Source: an uncultured archaeon (GTDB lineage: Archaea > Aenigmatarchaeota > Aenigmatarchaeia > CG10238-14 > SCSR01). From it: a DNA stretch of 45,684 nucleotides. The notes beneath the pieces were generated by a model. It saw nothing but the letters and a program-made list of their open reading frames with translations, ran no database searches and was not told the DNA's origin. The position numbers and the translations under genes were made by a program. This document shows, piece after piece, positions 16,509 to 23,842 of this stretch (its first letter is position 1; each line of letters begins with the position of its first letter). The stretch lies in the NCBI GenBank assembly GCA_964444075.1, contig CAYUFF010000002.1, positions 1 through 45,684 on the forward strand, given 5' to 3'.

Positions 16509-18079
16509 GAAAAGTGTTTAACCCGTGGGGAGAAAAGGTTCTTGGGAAAGTTGAACTTACACTTAGTTTTATTTTTCTGTTGGCAACGACTTTCTTTTTA
16601 TATACACTTTCCCAACTTTCGGAAGCGATAGAAGTGATAGTGGTCGACCCGCACATCTCCATTTCTCCGCCCTTCTCACCGCAGTACAGATTACCAGGTG
16701 TACCTTGGAGGTTTGACTTTGTGTTGATAAACGACGGTTACGGAGACGTCCAAGTAATTGCGGTCTCTCCTTCTTGTCCGCTGAATGTAATCTGTTCCGT
16801 AGAGGGATTCACCTCTGGCAAGCTGGTAGAAGGTGAGAACGTTACTACCACTCTTGAAGTTAGACTACCTCACGATGCGGAACCGGGTGAGGAATTTATC
16901 GTAGGAATTTCGGTAGAGTACGACGATGCTTACGGCCTACCCACAGTCGGTCCGAAAACGGCACTCTCCAACACCACTTTAAAATCCCTCAGGGCGAAGC
17001 TCGTCATCGAAAAATTCTACTTGGAAAACATAACCAAGGTCGACGGAAGGTGGATTGTGGTGGTCCACACTCCCCATAGAGTCAAGCTATGGGTTACCAA
17101 CGTCGGCAACCTGAGAGCCGACAACGTGACCGTGGTGTGGACAATTCCTAACGGTTGGGAAATCCAGGAACTTCAAACTCCATCGACGATCGACGTGGGA
17201 GAGACGAAACTTTTCGAATACTCGCTCGTCCCGAGGAGCCTGGGTAATTTTTCGTTGGGGTTAAGAATCGATTATACTTCTTGGCAATACGGAAAAAACG
17301 TCACACATTTTGTCGCGCACTCTGTGGATGTGTGGTGCTTCGATAAACCGCAGTTCAACATAGCGCCTTCAGGGGATGTAAGGAAGTTGCTAGGCGTTTC
17401 TGGCACGCCGGACTATCTCAACGTCTTTTGGAACGTGACTTACATGGAAGGTAGCATAAGGGACGTAACCGTTACGTGTTGGTTAAACTACGGGAAATCT
17501 TGTAAGGGTTATAGGAGGAGTAGCAGCTGCACGATTTTTCACCCGAACTACAATGCTTCGCTCGACTGCAGTGTACTCGGGTGTACGGCAGGAAAAAACC
17601 TCGTTTTATGTACGGTGAACGATTCGGAATATCCTAAGATAAGCAACGTGGCAAGCGTCAGCTTCAGACACTTGGACTTCGAAATGAAATTACCGGAGAA
17701 CGTGACGTTTACTGTCGGTAGCGTGATTCTACCGTTTCGTTTAAAAAACCTAGGATTGCTTCCAGACAACTACAGCATCGGCGTTACCACTTTTCCTACT
17801 GGAAGGATGGTAGTAACCCTCGCAGAAAATTCCACTCCAACGATGCACCACGGAGAAATTTACTCGGCAAACGTTCGTATCTTAGTCCTTTTAGGCGGGG
17901 AGTCCTACCTAAATTTCCTCGTAAATTCTACTACTGACCCCAGAGTATGGAAGTCCTACGGGGTAAAAGTGAAAGCTGGTCATAAGGCCCTTTCAGGTAT
18001 GAACGAGATTTCTGTGTTTACACTACTACTGCTCTCTGCAGGTGTATTCTTTGTTTTGTCGAGGAGGAATAAATTTTAA
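16505..18079 (+). CDS. large surface protein with beta-sandwich N-terminal half, the Cys-rich module shared with 3847..5133, and a C-terminal TM anchor
   Basis: N-terminal hydrophobic segment (..LGKVELTLSFIFLLATTFFLY). CARDB-like segment (HRVKLWVTNVGNLRADNVTVVW). aa 281-524 are colinear with aa 183-428 of the 3847 product. 4-nt overlap with the upstream gene. Confidence 0.75.
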   Translation: MRKVFNPWGEKVLGKVELTLSFIFLLATTFFLYTLSQLSEAIEVIVVDPHISISPPFSPQYRLPGVPWRFDFVLINDGYGDVQVIAVSPSCPLNVICSVEGFTSGKLVEGENVTTTLEVRLPHDAEPGEEFIVGISVEYDDAYGLPTVGPKTALSNTTLKSLRAKLVIEKFYLENITKVDGRWIVVVHTPHRVKLWVTNVGNLRADNVTVVWTIPNGWEIQELQTPSTIDVGETKLFEYSLVPRSLGNFSLGLRIDYTSWQYGKNVTHFVAHSVDVWCFDKPQFNIAPSGDVRKLLGVSGTPDYLNVFWNVTYMEGSIRDVTVTCWLNYGKSCKGYRRSSSCTIFHPNYNASLDCSVLGCTAGKNLVLCTVNDSEYPKISNVASVSFRHLDFEMKLPENVTFTVGSVILPFRLKNLGLLPDNYSIGVTTFPTGRMVVTLAENSTPTMHHGEIYSANVRILVLLGGESYLNFLVNSTTDPRVWKSYGVKVKAGHKALSGMNEISVFTLLLLSAGVFFVLSRRNKF

Positions 18080-18102
18080 CCCCCTTCTTAAAAATTTAAT
18101 CG

Positions 18103-18774
18103 ATGAAAGTCGTTATCTCACTCGGGGGGTCTTTGCTGACGAGAAGCTTGACACCAAGGAATTTCGGAAAGTACGTGAAAGTCCTAAAGAAGTTGAAGGC
18201 CGAAGGGCATAAGCTAGTAGTGATCTGTGGTGGCGGGAGGGTTTGCAGGATTTACCAAAGGATAGCCAAAGCTTTCGGAGCCAGCAACGTGTTGCTCGAC
18301 GAGATAGGTATAAAGGCCACGCATCTAAACGCGATGACGCTGATAGCTTGCTTAGGAAACGATGCTTATCCCAAGGTGTTGAAAACCCCGAAAGAAGTGA
18401 AGAGGTTGCTCGGTAAAAAAATACTCGTCTGCGGCGGAAATCTTCCAGGATGCTCCACTGATTACGATGCAGCGCTTTTTGCCGAGGAAATTTCCGCAGA
18501 CTTGCTCATAAACGCTACAGACGTCGATGGGGTTTACTCTTCCGACCCTAAAAAAGACCCTAATGCCAGGAAATTCGAGAGACTTTCTTACAAGAGGTTT
18601 AGGAAAGTTCTCTCGAAGCTGGAGCAAGCTCCTGGGAAGTATGCTCTCTTCGACCTCAAAGCCGTGGATATCATAGAGAGAGCTGGAATAAAAACAATCA
18701 TACTCGACGGAAGGGATCCACGAAACATCCTTAAGGCTGTCGAGGGCAAACGCGTTGGAACGATCGTTGGATAA
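18103..18774 (+). CDS. pyrH: UMP kinase (archaeal type)
   Basis: Amino acid kinase fold signature MKVVISLGGSLL... and GGG(R) VVICGGGR. Typical length of 223 aa for archaeal PyrH. Confidence 0.9.
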   Translation: MKVVISLGGSLLTRSLTPRNFGKYVKVLKKLKAEGHKLVVICGGGRVCRIYQRIAKAFGASNVLLDEIGIKATHLNAMTLIACLGNDAYPKVLKTPKEVKRLLGKKILVCGGNLPGCSTDYDAALFAEEISADLLINATDVDGVYSSDPKKDPNARKFERLSYKRFRKVLSKLEQAPGKYALFDLKAVDIIERAGIKTIILDGRDPRNILKAVEGKRVGTIVG

Positions 18775-18776
18775 GC

Positions 18777-19199
18777 ATGGAAGTCTACATAGCCGAAGAC
18801 GTGTCGGAATACAGGAAGCTCGCTAAGAAGCTTCTCAAGAAAAATGACGTAGTCCTCGAGGTCGGCTGCGGGTTTGGAAAGACTTCTTACCTGCTCTCCA
18901 AGATTTCCCGAATGGTTGTTGGAATAGACGTTTCGAAGGATGCTGTACAGCAGGCAAAGAGGTATGAGAAGCTTTCGAGTAACCTCAAAATCCTTTGCGT
19001 AGACGCCTTCGATGTAGGGAAGCTTCTGCGCATAGAGAAGAATTTTACCGCGATACTCATAGACATAGGAGGCAGCGCTAAGCCGTGGGAAGTACTGAGG
19101 TTATTTTCCAAGCTCACCGCCGTGTACTCTCCAAGGGTGGTGATAATAAAAAACTATCCGCTGAAGCGCTTCGTAGAAAGGGTAAAAAACCTGTCTTGA
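18777..19199 (+). CDS. small class I SAM-dependent methyltransferase
   Basis: Motif I VLEVGCGFGKTS and acidic motif II GIDVS. 140 aa. Confidence 0.72.
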   Translation: MEVYIAEDVSEYRKLAKKLLKKNDVVLEVGCGFGKTSYLLSKISRMVVGIDVSKDAVQQAKRYEKLSSNLKILCVDAFDVGKLLRIEKNFTAILIDIGGSAKPWEVLRLFSKLTAVYSPRVVIIKNYPLKRFVERVKNLS

Positions 19200-19204
19200 A
19201 CATG

Positions 19205-19253
19205 CGTTAACCTTTCGTTAAATTTTTCGTTAACATTCGTTAAGGTTCGTTAA
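19205..19253. repeat. five phased direct copies of CGTTAA
   Basis: CGTTAA starts at 19205, 19216, 19228, 19238 and 19248, giving spacings of 11, 12, 10 and 10 bp. A palindromic AACGTT follows at 19262-19267. The array lies in the convergent gap between the methyltransferase gene and tRNA-Trp. Confidence 0.85.
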
Positions 19254-19288
19254 GTCTGCGGAACGTTTGAGAAAGAAAACAAGAAGTA

Positions 19289-19392
19289 TGGGGTCGCTGG
19301 GATTTGAACCCAGGTCAGCTGGTTTCCTCATCCTTCTTCAGAGCTCCAGGCTGCTGGAGCCAGCCGTGCTAACCTGGCTACACCACGACCCC
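19289..19392 (-). tRNA. tRNA-Trp: tRNA-Trp (anticodon CCA) with a 30-nt intron; no encoded CCA end
   Basis: Manual fold of the reverse complement. Acceptor GGGGTCG/CGACCCC, D arm GTGT..GCAC, anticodon stem GCTGG/CCAGC with loop CU-CCA-G/A, T arm CTGGG-TTCAAAT-CCCAG, discriminator A. The intron (19324-19353) follows position 37, and its CUGGAG pairs with CUCCAG of the anticodon loop. Confidence 0.9.
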
Positions 19393-19426
19393 ACATAAAA
19401 AATTTGTCCTCACTTAAAATTTTTTC
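19393..19426. promoter_or_regulatory. 34-bp divergent promoter spacer with two AT boxes
   Basis: ATAAAAAATTT (19395-19405) lies about 27 nt upstream of the ATG at 19427. CTTAAAATTTTTT (19413-19425, read on the minus strand) lies about 27 nt upstream of the tRNA 5' end at 19392. Confidence 0.45.
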
Positions 19427-19588
19427 ATGCGAACCTTTAAAGAGATTCTTGGAAAGGTGCTGTGCAGGCTTGGCTTCCACCGCTGGAGCAGGGAAAGGGT
19501 TTATTTCCGATTCGATTCCCACGTCAAGGAATACGAGAAAGTTTGCCTAAGGTGCGGGAAGGTAAAAAGATGGTTCGTCCCCGTTTGA
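19427..19588 (+). CDS. small (53 aa) putative zinc-binding protein; not in the ORF track because it is under 60 aa
   Basis: Own translation: MRTFKEILGKVLCRLGFHRWSRERVYFRFDSHVKEYEKVCLRCGKVKRWFVPV. The C-x4-H ... C-x2-C arrangement and the LGFHRW string resemble the GH+W small prophage-type proteins (DUF1660-like, recalled from memory). The distal AT box is positioned for a leaderless start. Confidence 0.45.
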   Translation: MRTFKEILGKVLCRLGFHRWSRERVYFRFDSHVKEYEKVCLRCGKVKRWFVPV

Positions 19589-19601
19589 AAAGCAACAGAC
19601 C

Positions 19602-21053
19602 TCAACCCTTTCTCGGCAAGACAACGACTGGCTTGGAAATCGTTACCCTCTTCTTCCTTCCTCTTCCTACGTACTGCACGGTAGCTTCTGGTAGCCTCAA
19701 GCTTCCTACTATATCCACGACGGGCTTTATCCTGTAGCTCAGGATGACCTCCTCCCCCGGCTTCAGCGACGGTATCCTCCATACGAGCTCGACTCCTTTC
19801 TTCGTCTTCCTCTTCACCGGCTTGAGCGTTTCGAATTTTTCGACGAGCGCAGCAAGGGGAGGTACCCTGTCCTTAACGATAACATCTTTGACGACGTGCC
19901 TCGAGTGGTTCGCCACCGAAAGCGTTATCGGTATCTCCTTCTCCCTGCTCAACAGCTTCACGGGCTTGATTTTCTTCACGACCTTTATCGAGTAGTACCT
20001 TGCGTACGAAATTACGGTAACCGCTATTGCTACTACGGCCAAGAGCAAGAGCAGCGTGTAATCGAAGGAGTACCTTATCTCGTACTCCCTGTTCGGATTC
20101 AGCGACGGCACCTCCCACACGTAGGTTACTTTACCTTCTTTTTCATAGGTCTCGGTCGGCTTAGTCTCCGGTCTGAAGAAGAGGGAAAGGAATTTCGAGA
20201 TGTTGAGCGTATAAGGCTTCGGGCTTGAGGGGGCGTTGCCCACGTTCCTTATCTTCACCACGTAACTTTGGATTAGCAGCATGTTTTTCATCGAAGTGGT
20301 TACCGCGAACTTTTCTACTGGCATCACCGAAAAGGATAGCAGCTTGGAACTCACTATCCTCTCGTCTTTCTTCAGCAGAACGTAAACCTTGTAATCTCCG
20401 GCTTGGCTCCACTCCGGCAACTGGAACGAGCTAACAAAATCTCTACCTCCCTTCCTCTCCAGGTAAAAACCTTCCCTGAAGATTTTCTTTATGTCTCCGT
20501 CTTTCTTCACGAGAATTTCTAGCGAAAAATTGCCGCTTTCAGCGAAGTTGCTAACGGAGACTTTCACGCTAACCTTTTCCCCTGGGTAAAATCTTTCTTT
20601 GTTCAGTTCGCAACGCGTTATGCAAGTTAGCCCCTCGCCTCTAACCTTCATCAGGATTTGCTCCGACGACTTTTCCTCGGGTTTGGTGAGCGAGAACGCC
20701 GTTACCTTGAAAACGACCTCGCCGCCGAGAGTGCATTCTGGCGTGTAGAACTTTAACGGAATCTCGACCTTTTCTCCTGGTGCTAACTCAACCCTCGGCG
20801 GGACGTCGACGTAAATTCCGAACTTGGAAGCTTCCGGTGGCCATACGGAGATTCCGAAGATGTCGCTCTCGCTCCCGAGATTCTGCAGGGTTACCGTAAC
20901 GGTTTTCGTTCCTCCGACGTTTACCTCGAGGGTTGTTGCCGAAAGGTTCATAAAAATTTTAGCTTGTGCCATCGTTGGAGAAAAGAGGTAAAGGAAGAGG
21001 AGTGTCGATATAAGCAACGACGAATGATTACCTAAAAATTTACGAACTTTCAT
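19602..21053 (-). CDS. membrane protein with beta-sandwich (CARDB / COG1361 S-layer-domain-like) segments on both sides of a central TM helix
   Basis: Signal peptide MKVRKFLGNHSSLLISTLLFLYLFSPTMAQA. Repeated L.N.G-type strand segments (VTVTLQNLGSESD, VVKIRNVGNAPS). Central TM LLLLLAVVAIAVTVISY. The C-terminal domain has PSLKPGEEVILSYRIKP. Confidence 0.72.
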   Translation of the reverse strand: MKVRKFLGNHSSLLISTLLFLYLFSPTMAQAKIFMNLSATTLEVNVGGTKTVTVTLQNLGSESDIFGISVWPPEASKFGIYVDVPPRVELAPGEKVEIPLKFYTPECTLGGEVVFKVTAFSLTKPEEKSSEQILMKVRGEGLTCITRCELNKERFYPGEKVSVKVSVSNFAESGNFSLEILVKKDGDIKKIFREGFYLERKGGRDFVSSFQLPEWSQAGDYKVYVLLKKDERIVSSKLLSFSVMPVEKFAVTTSMKNMLLIQSYVVKIRNVGNAPSSPKPYTLNISKFLSLFFRPETKPTETYEKEGKVTYVWEVPSLNPNREYEIRYSFDYTLLLLLAVVAIAVTVISYARYYSIKVVKKIKPVKLLSREKEIPITLSVANHSRHVVKDVIVKDRVPPLAALVEKFETLKPVKRKTKKGVELVWRIPSLKPGEEVILSYRIKPVVDIVGSLRLPEATVQYVGRGRKKRVTISKPVVVLPRKG

Positions 21054-21709
21054 TCTCTTCCCTTAAAATATCTTAGGATTTTCTCTAAAAAAGGTTGCCT
21101 CCCCTCCTCCGTTCCTGCGACTCCTTTCCTTCCTCCGAAGATTTTTTCGATGAAAGCCAGCATGTCCTTGCTTTCCACGGAAAAACTCTTTCCGAAGGAA
21201 TCTTCCCAGCTCACGTTCTCGAAAGGAATCTTCTTTATCGGTTCCGGTTCTTCCGATGGGTAGCCCACGGTAACGATGATTAGCGGTTTCAGGTATTCTG
21301 GCATGTCCAAAGCTTTCTTCACGCCCTCCTCGTCGAAGGCTCGCACGAAGTTGCATCCCAATCCTAGAGCAACGCATGACAAAAAAATCAGCATCGCAGC
21401 GTGCGAGCAATCTTGGGTCGCGTAAACCTCGCCTTTTTGAGGGTACTTTAGCTTCACCTTTTCAAGGTCGGCAGCTATTACGATGCAAACTTTCGAATCG
21501 AGGATGATCGTTTGCTTCAAGCTTGCTTCGTAAAGCAACCTTTTCTTCTCCTCGTCCTTGACGACGATGAAGTGCCAAGGCTTCGTTTCTCCCGCAGAGG
21601 GCGCGTGAGTTGCGAGGTGAAGCAAGACCGCTACCAGCCTTTCGTCGACATCCTTTTCAGAAAACTTAGTCGTCCTAGCCAGGTTGAGTATGGCCTCTAT
21701 CACGTGCAT
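21050..21709 (-). CDS. nitroreductase-family flavoprotein
   Basis: RTTKFSEKDV...LLHLATHAPSAGETKPWHFIVVKDEE is a typical nitroreductase N-terminal signature. 4-nt overlap with the downstream gene. Confidence 0.82.
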   Translation of the reverse strand: MHVIEAILNLARTTKFSEKDVDERLVAVLLHLATHAPSAGETKPWHFIVVKDEEKKRLLYEASLKQTIILDSKVCIVIAADLEKVKLKYPQKGEVYATQDCSHAAMLIFLSCVALGLGCNFVRAFDEEGVKKALDMPEYLKPLIIVTVGYPSEEPEPIKKIPFENVSWEDSFGKSFSVESKDMLAFIEKIFGGRKGVAGTEEGRQPFLEKILRYFKGRE

Positions 21710-21749
21710 GGAATCACAGTTAGAAATTACTCGAAGAGTTTTAAAAAGT

Positions 21750-22259
21750 TTAAGACGTACGACAACTTTGGGCTACTCTGGGATAATACCAAAATCCTGC
21801 TGGATGAGAGCGGTAGCTAGCTAGAGCGTCGTCTAGCTTGCGTTTCCTCTTCAATCTTTCCAAGGCTTCCTTGGTTTTCTTCCAACTCTTTTCTCCATTC
21901 ATCTCTCTCAGGAATTCTTCAAGGGGGATTTTGACAACCTTACAGTTAAGCTTTTTGAAGAGTTCTTTCTCCTCGGTAGAAAGTGGTCTCTTACTGCCGC
22001 CTATGAGGCCTACGGCCTTCCTTTTTTCGAGCCCGCTGATTATTCTTTTCCAAACGAAAAATTCCTTCGGTATTTTTTCGACATCGTCGAGAAAAACTAT
22101 CCTCGCCCTCGCGTTCCTCCTGAACTTCCCTTCAAGAGCGGAGGGTAAAGAGTTGTTTTCCCCATAAGTTAAAAGCAAGCACGGCACGCGAGAACAAAGC
22201 TCAGAAAGTAAACTTCCGGTTCCCCCAGAGCCGACAAAAACTACGCAAGGTTTGTTCAT
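21750..22259 (-). CDS. hypothetical alpha/beta protein (function unknown)
   Basis: ORF with a plausible strand-Gly-rich-loop start (CVVFVGSGGTGS) and a Lys-rich C-terminus. I recognise no family. Confidence 0.5.
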   Translation of the reverse strand: MNKPCVVFVGSGGTGSLLSELCSRVPCLLLTYGENNSLPSALEGKFRRNARARIVFLDDVEKIPKEFFVWKRIISGLEKRKAVGLIGGSKRPLSTEEKELFKKLNCKVVKIPLEEFLREMNGEKSWKKTKEALERLKRKRKLDDALASYRSHPAGFWYYPRVAQSCRTS

Positions 22260-22549
22260 TCTTCTAGCTTTTTCCCTCGAGAGAATTTCGACCTTATCAA
22301 ACTTTTCGAGTTTGAGCCTTAAAAAATAACGTTCGAAACTTTCGGTTCCTCCAAGAAGTTAAGCAAGGTCTGACGCAAGTTCTTTAACAGGACGTGTGCG
22401 TTCGCGCGTACATCTAACCCCGCGTTGGCGAAAGCGCCGAACTCCGACAGAAAACAAAGTGAACCTCCTCGGCTTACCCTCTAATTCTACCGTGACAATT
22501 TCCACATCAAACCCAAAATAAGGTATTAAATTTTGGAAACGGCTAAATT

Positions 22550-23809
22550 ATGTTTATGCTCGCACACGCTTTTCAAACTCTCGTCAAGCCCGCGAACATT
22601 TTTCTTTCTAGCGTCCTCAAGGTAAGTAAGGCAACGAGACTATCAAGCCTTTTCTCGCCGTATGTGTCTGAAATACTTTTCATGTCGCGAACAGGGACTT
22701 CCTCCCTTTCCTTTCTTAAGGGTAAGAGGAGTGGTAGAAATGAGAAAGCTTCTATAATTGAGGAGGTGGTATTTCTTCTTGCCCCTCTCGCTTTTTTGAC
22801 GTCTCTTCTCGCAATTCTTTACTTTTTTCTCCCTCCTTCGGAGGAAAGAATTGTAGGTATATTCGTCTCTTTCTCCATGCTCGTTTTGGGAAGCTGTCTG
22901 GTATACAGGTTTGGAGACATACTCGTAGAAACTTGTAAGAGAATCGCTAGTTCTTTGGGAGTATCGCACTTTTTCTTCGGTGTATTTTTCTTACCTTTGG
23001 TAACGACATTACCCAACGTCTTTTTATCCTTCTTCCTTCTTCTCTCTGGCACAAAGGATATGATCGTGATGAACAGCGTAGGAAACAACGTATTCAACTT
23101 AACTTTCATAATTCCTCTCGCCGTCTTCATAGGAAGAAAGTACGTTGTAAAGAACGAAACGCTCCTCAAGAACAGTATGTTCATTCTTATTTTTTCGTCG
23201 TTCCTGCTTTACTTTTTCTTCCTTGACCTCACGCTCACGAGGATGGAAGCTCTATTCCTTCTTTTAACCCTTGCCGTTTTTCTCAGAGGTGCGAAGGGTA
23301 TAAGGATGAAAGAAGCGAAAGGGACTAGAAAGAAAAACGTAAGGAATGACGTAATTCTGGCTATCATCTCTGCTGTTTTAATCTTCCTTGGTTGTTTTTT
23401 CATCGAAAGGTCCGTTAAAACGCTCATGAATATGGGTTACATCCAAAGAAATTTCGCTGGGTTTGTACTCTTGACGATCGCAGTAACATTACCAGAAGGT
23501 TTCGTTGCTTTGTGGGCAAGTAAAAAAGGACTTATCGAGCTTTCTCTCGGAAACATCGTCGGCGACAACCTGGGGTCGATACCGTTGACCCTGGGTATAT
23601 TTTCTTTAGCGTCTCCGATCTCCGTAAGTCATACCATTTCCTCCGTCTTCCTCCCTTTCTACCTTTTCACGATTGTGGTCTTCTCACTCCTACTCTTCTT
23701 CGACCCTTTGAGAATAAAAAAAGGTAAAAGGTACGACATAAAGGTGGAGGAAGCCCTTTTACTGTTCTTCATTTTCATCGCTTTTCTTTGGATTTCGCAC
23801 AAGTATTAG
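22550..23809 (+). CDS. second CaCA-family cation antiporter-like membrane protein (divergent); start uncertain
   Basis: Two alpha-repeat-like motifs (LVTTLPNVF...GNNVFNLTFIIPLAV and IAVTLPEGF...GNIVGDNLGSIPLTLG). The first 70-100 codons of the track ORF have no counterpart in the first CaCA protein, so they may not be coding. Confidence 0.72.
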   Translation: MFMLAHAFQTLVKPANIFLSSVLKVSKATRLSSLFSPYVSEILFMSRTGTSSLSFLKGKRSGRNEKASIIEEVVFLLAPLAFLTSLLAILYFFLPPSEERIVGIFVSFSMLVLGSCLVYRFGDILVETCKRIASSLGVSHFFFGVFFLPLVTTLPNVFLSFFLLLSGTKDMIVMNSVGNNVFNLTFIIPLAVFIGRKYVVKNETLLKNSMFILIFSSFLLYFFFLDLTLTRMEALFLLLTLAVFLRGAKGIRMKEAKGTRKKNVRNDVILAIISAVLIFLGCFFIERSVKTLMNMGYIQRNFAGFVLLTIAVTLPEGFVALWASKKGLIELSLGNIVGDNLGSIPLTLGIFSLASPISVSHTISSVFLPFYLFTIVVFSLLLFFDPLRIKKGKRYDIKVEEALLLFFIFIAFLWISHKY

Positions 23810-23842
23810 CTATTTTTAAGTCTTCTTCCAAACCAGCCAAAC

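Noticed and set aside
19205-19253. Mini CRISPR-like or replication-origin (ORB) repeat array.
   Set aside because: The repeat units are only 6-8 nt with 10-12 bp periodicity. CRISPR repeats are far longer than this and alternate with spacers of comparable length. No ORB-like longer dyad and no cdc6/orc1 gene are nearby.
19324-19353. C/D box guide sRNA embedded in the tRNA-Trp intron, as described for some euryarchaea.
   Set aside because: The intron is only 30 nt. It has a CUGA but no RUGAUGA C box, and it has no room for two guide segments.
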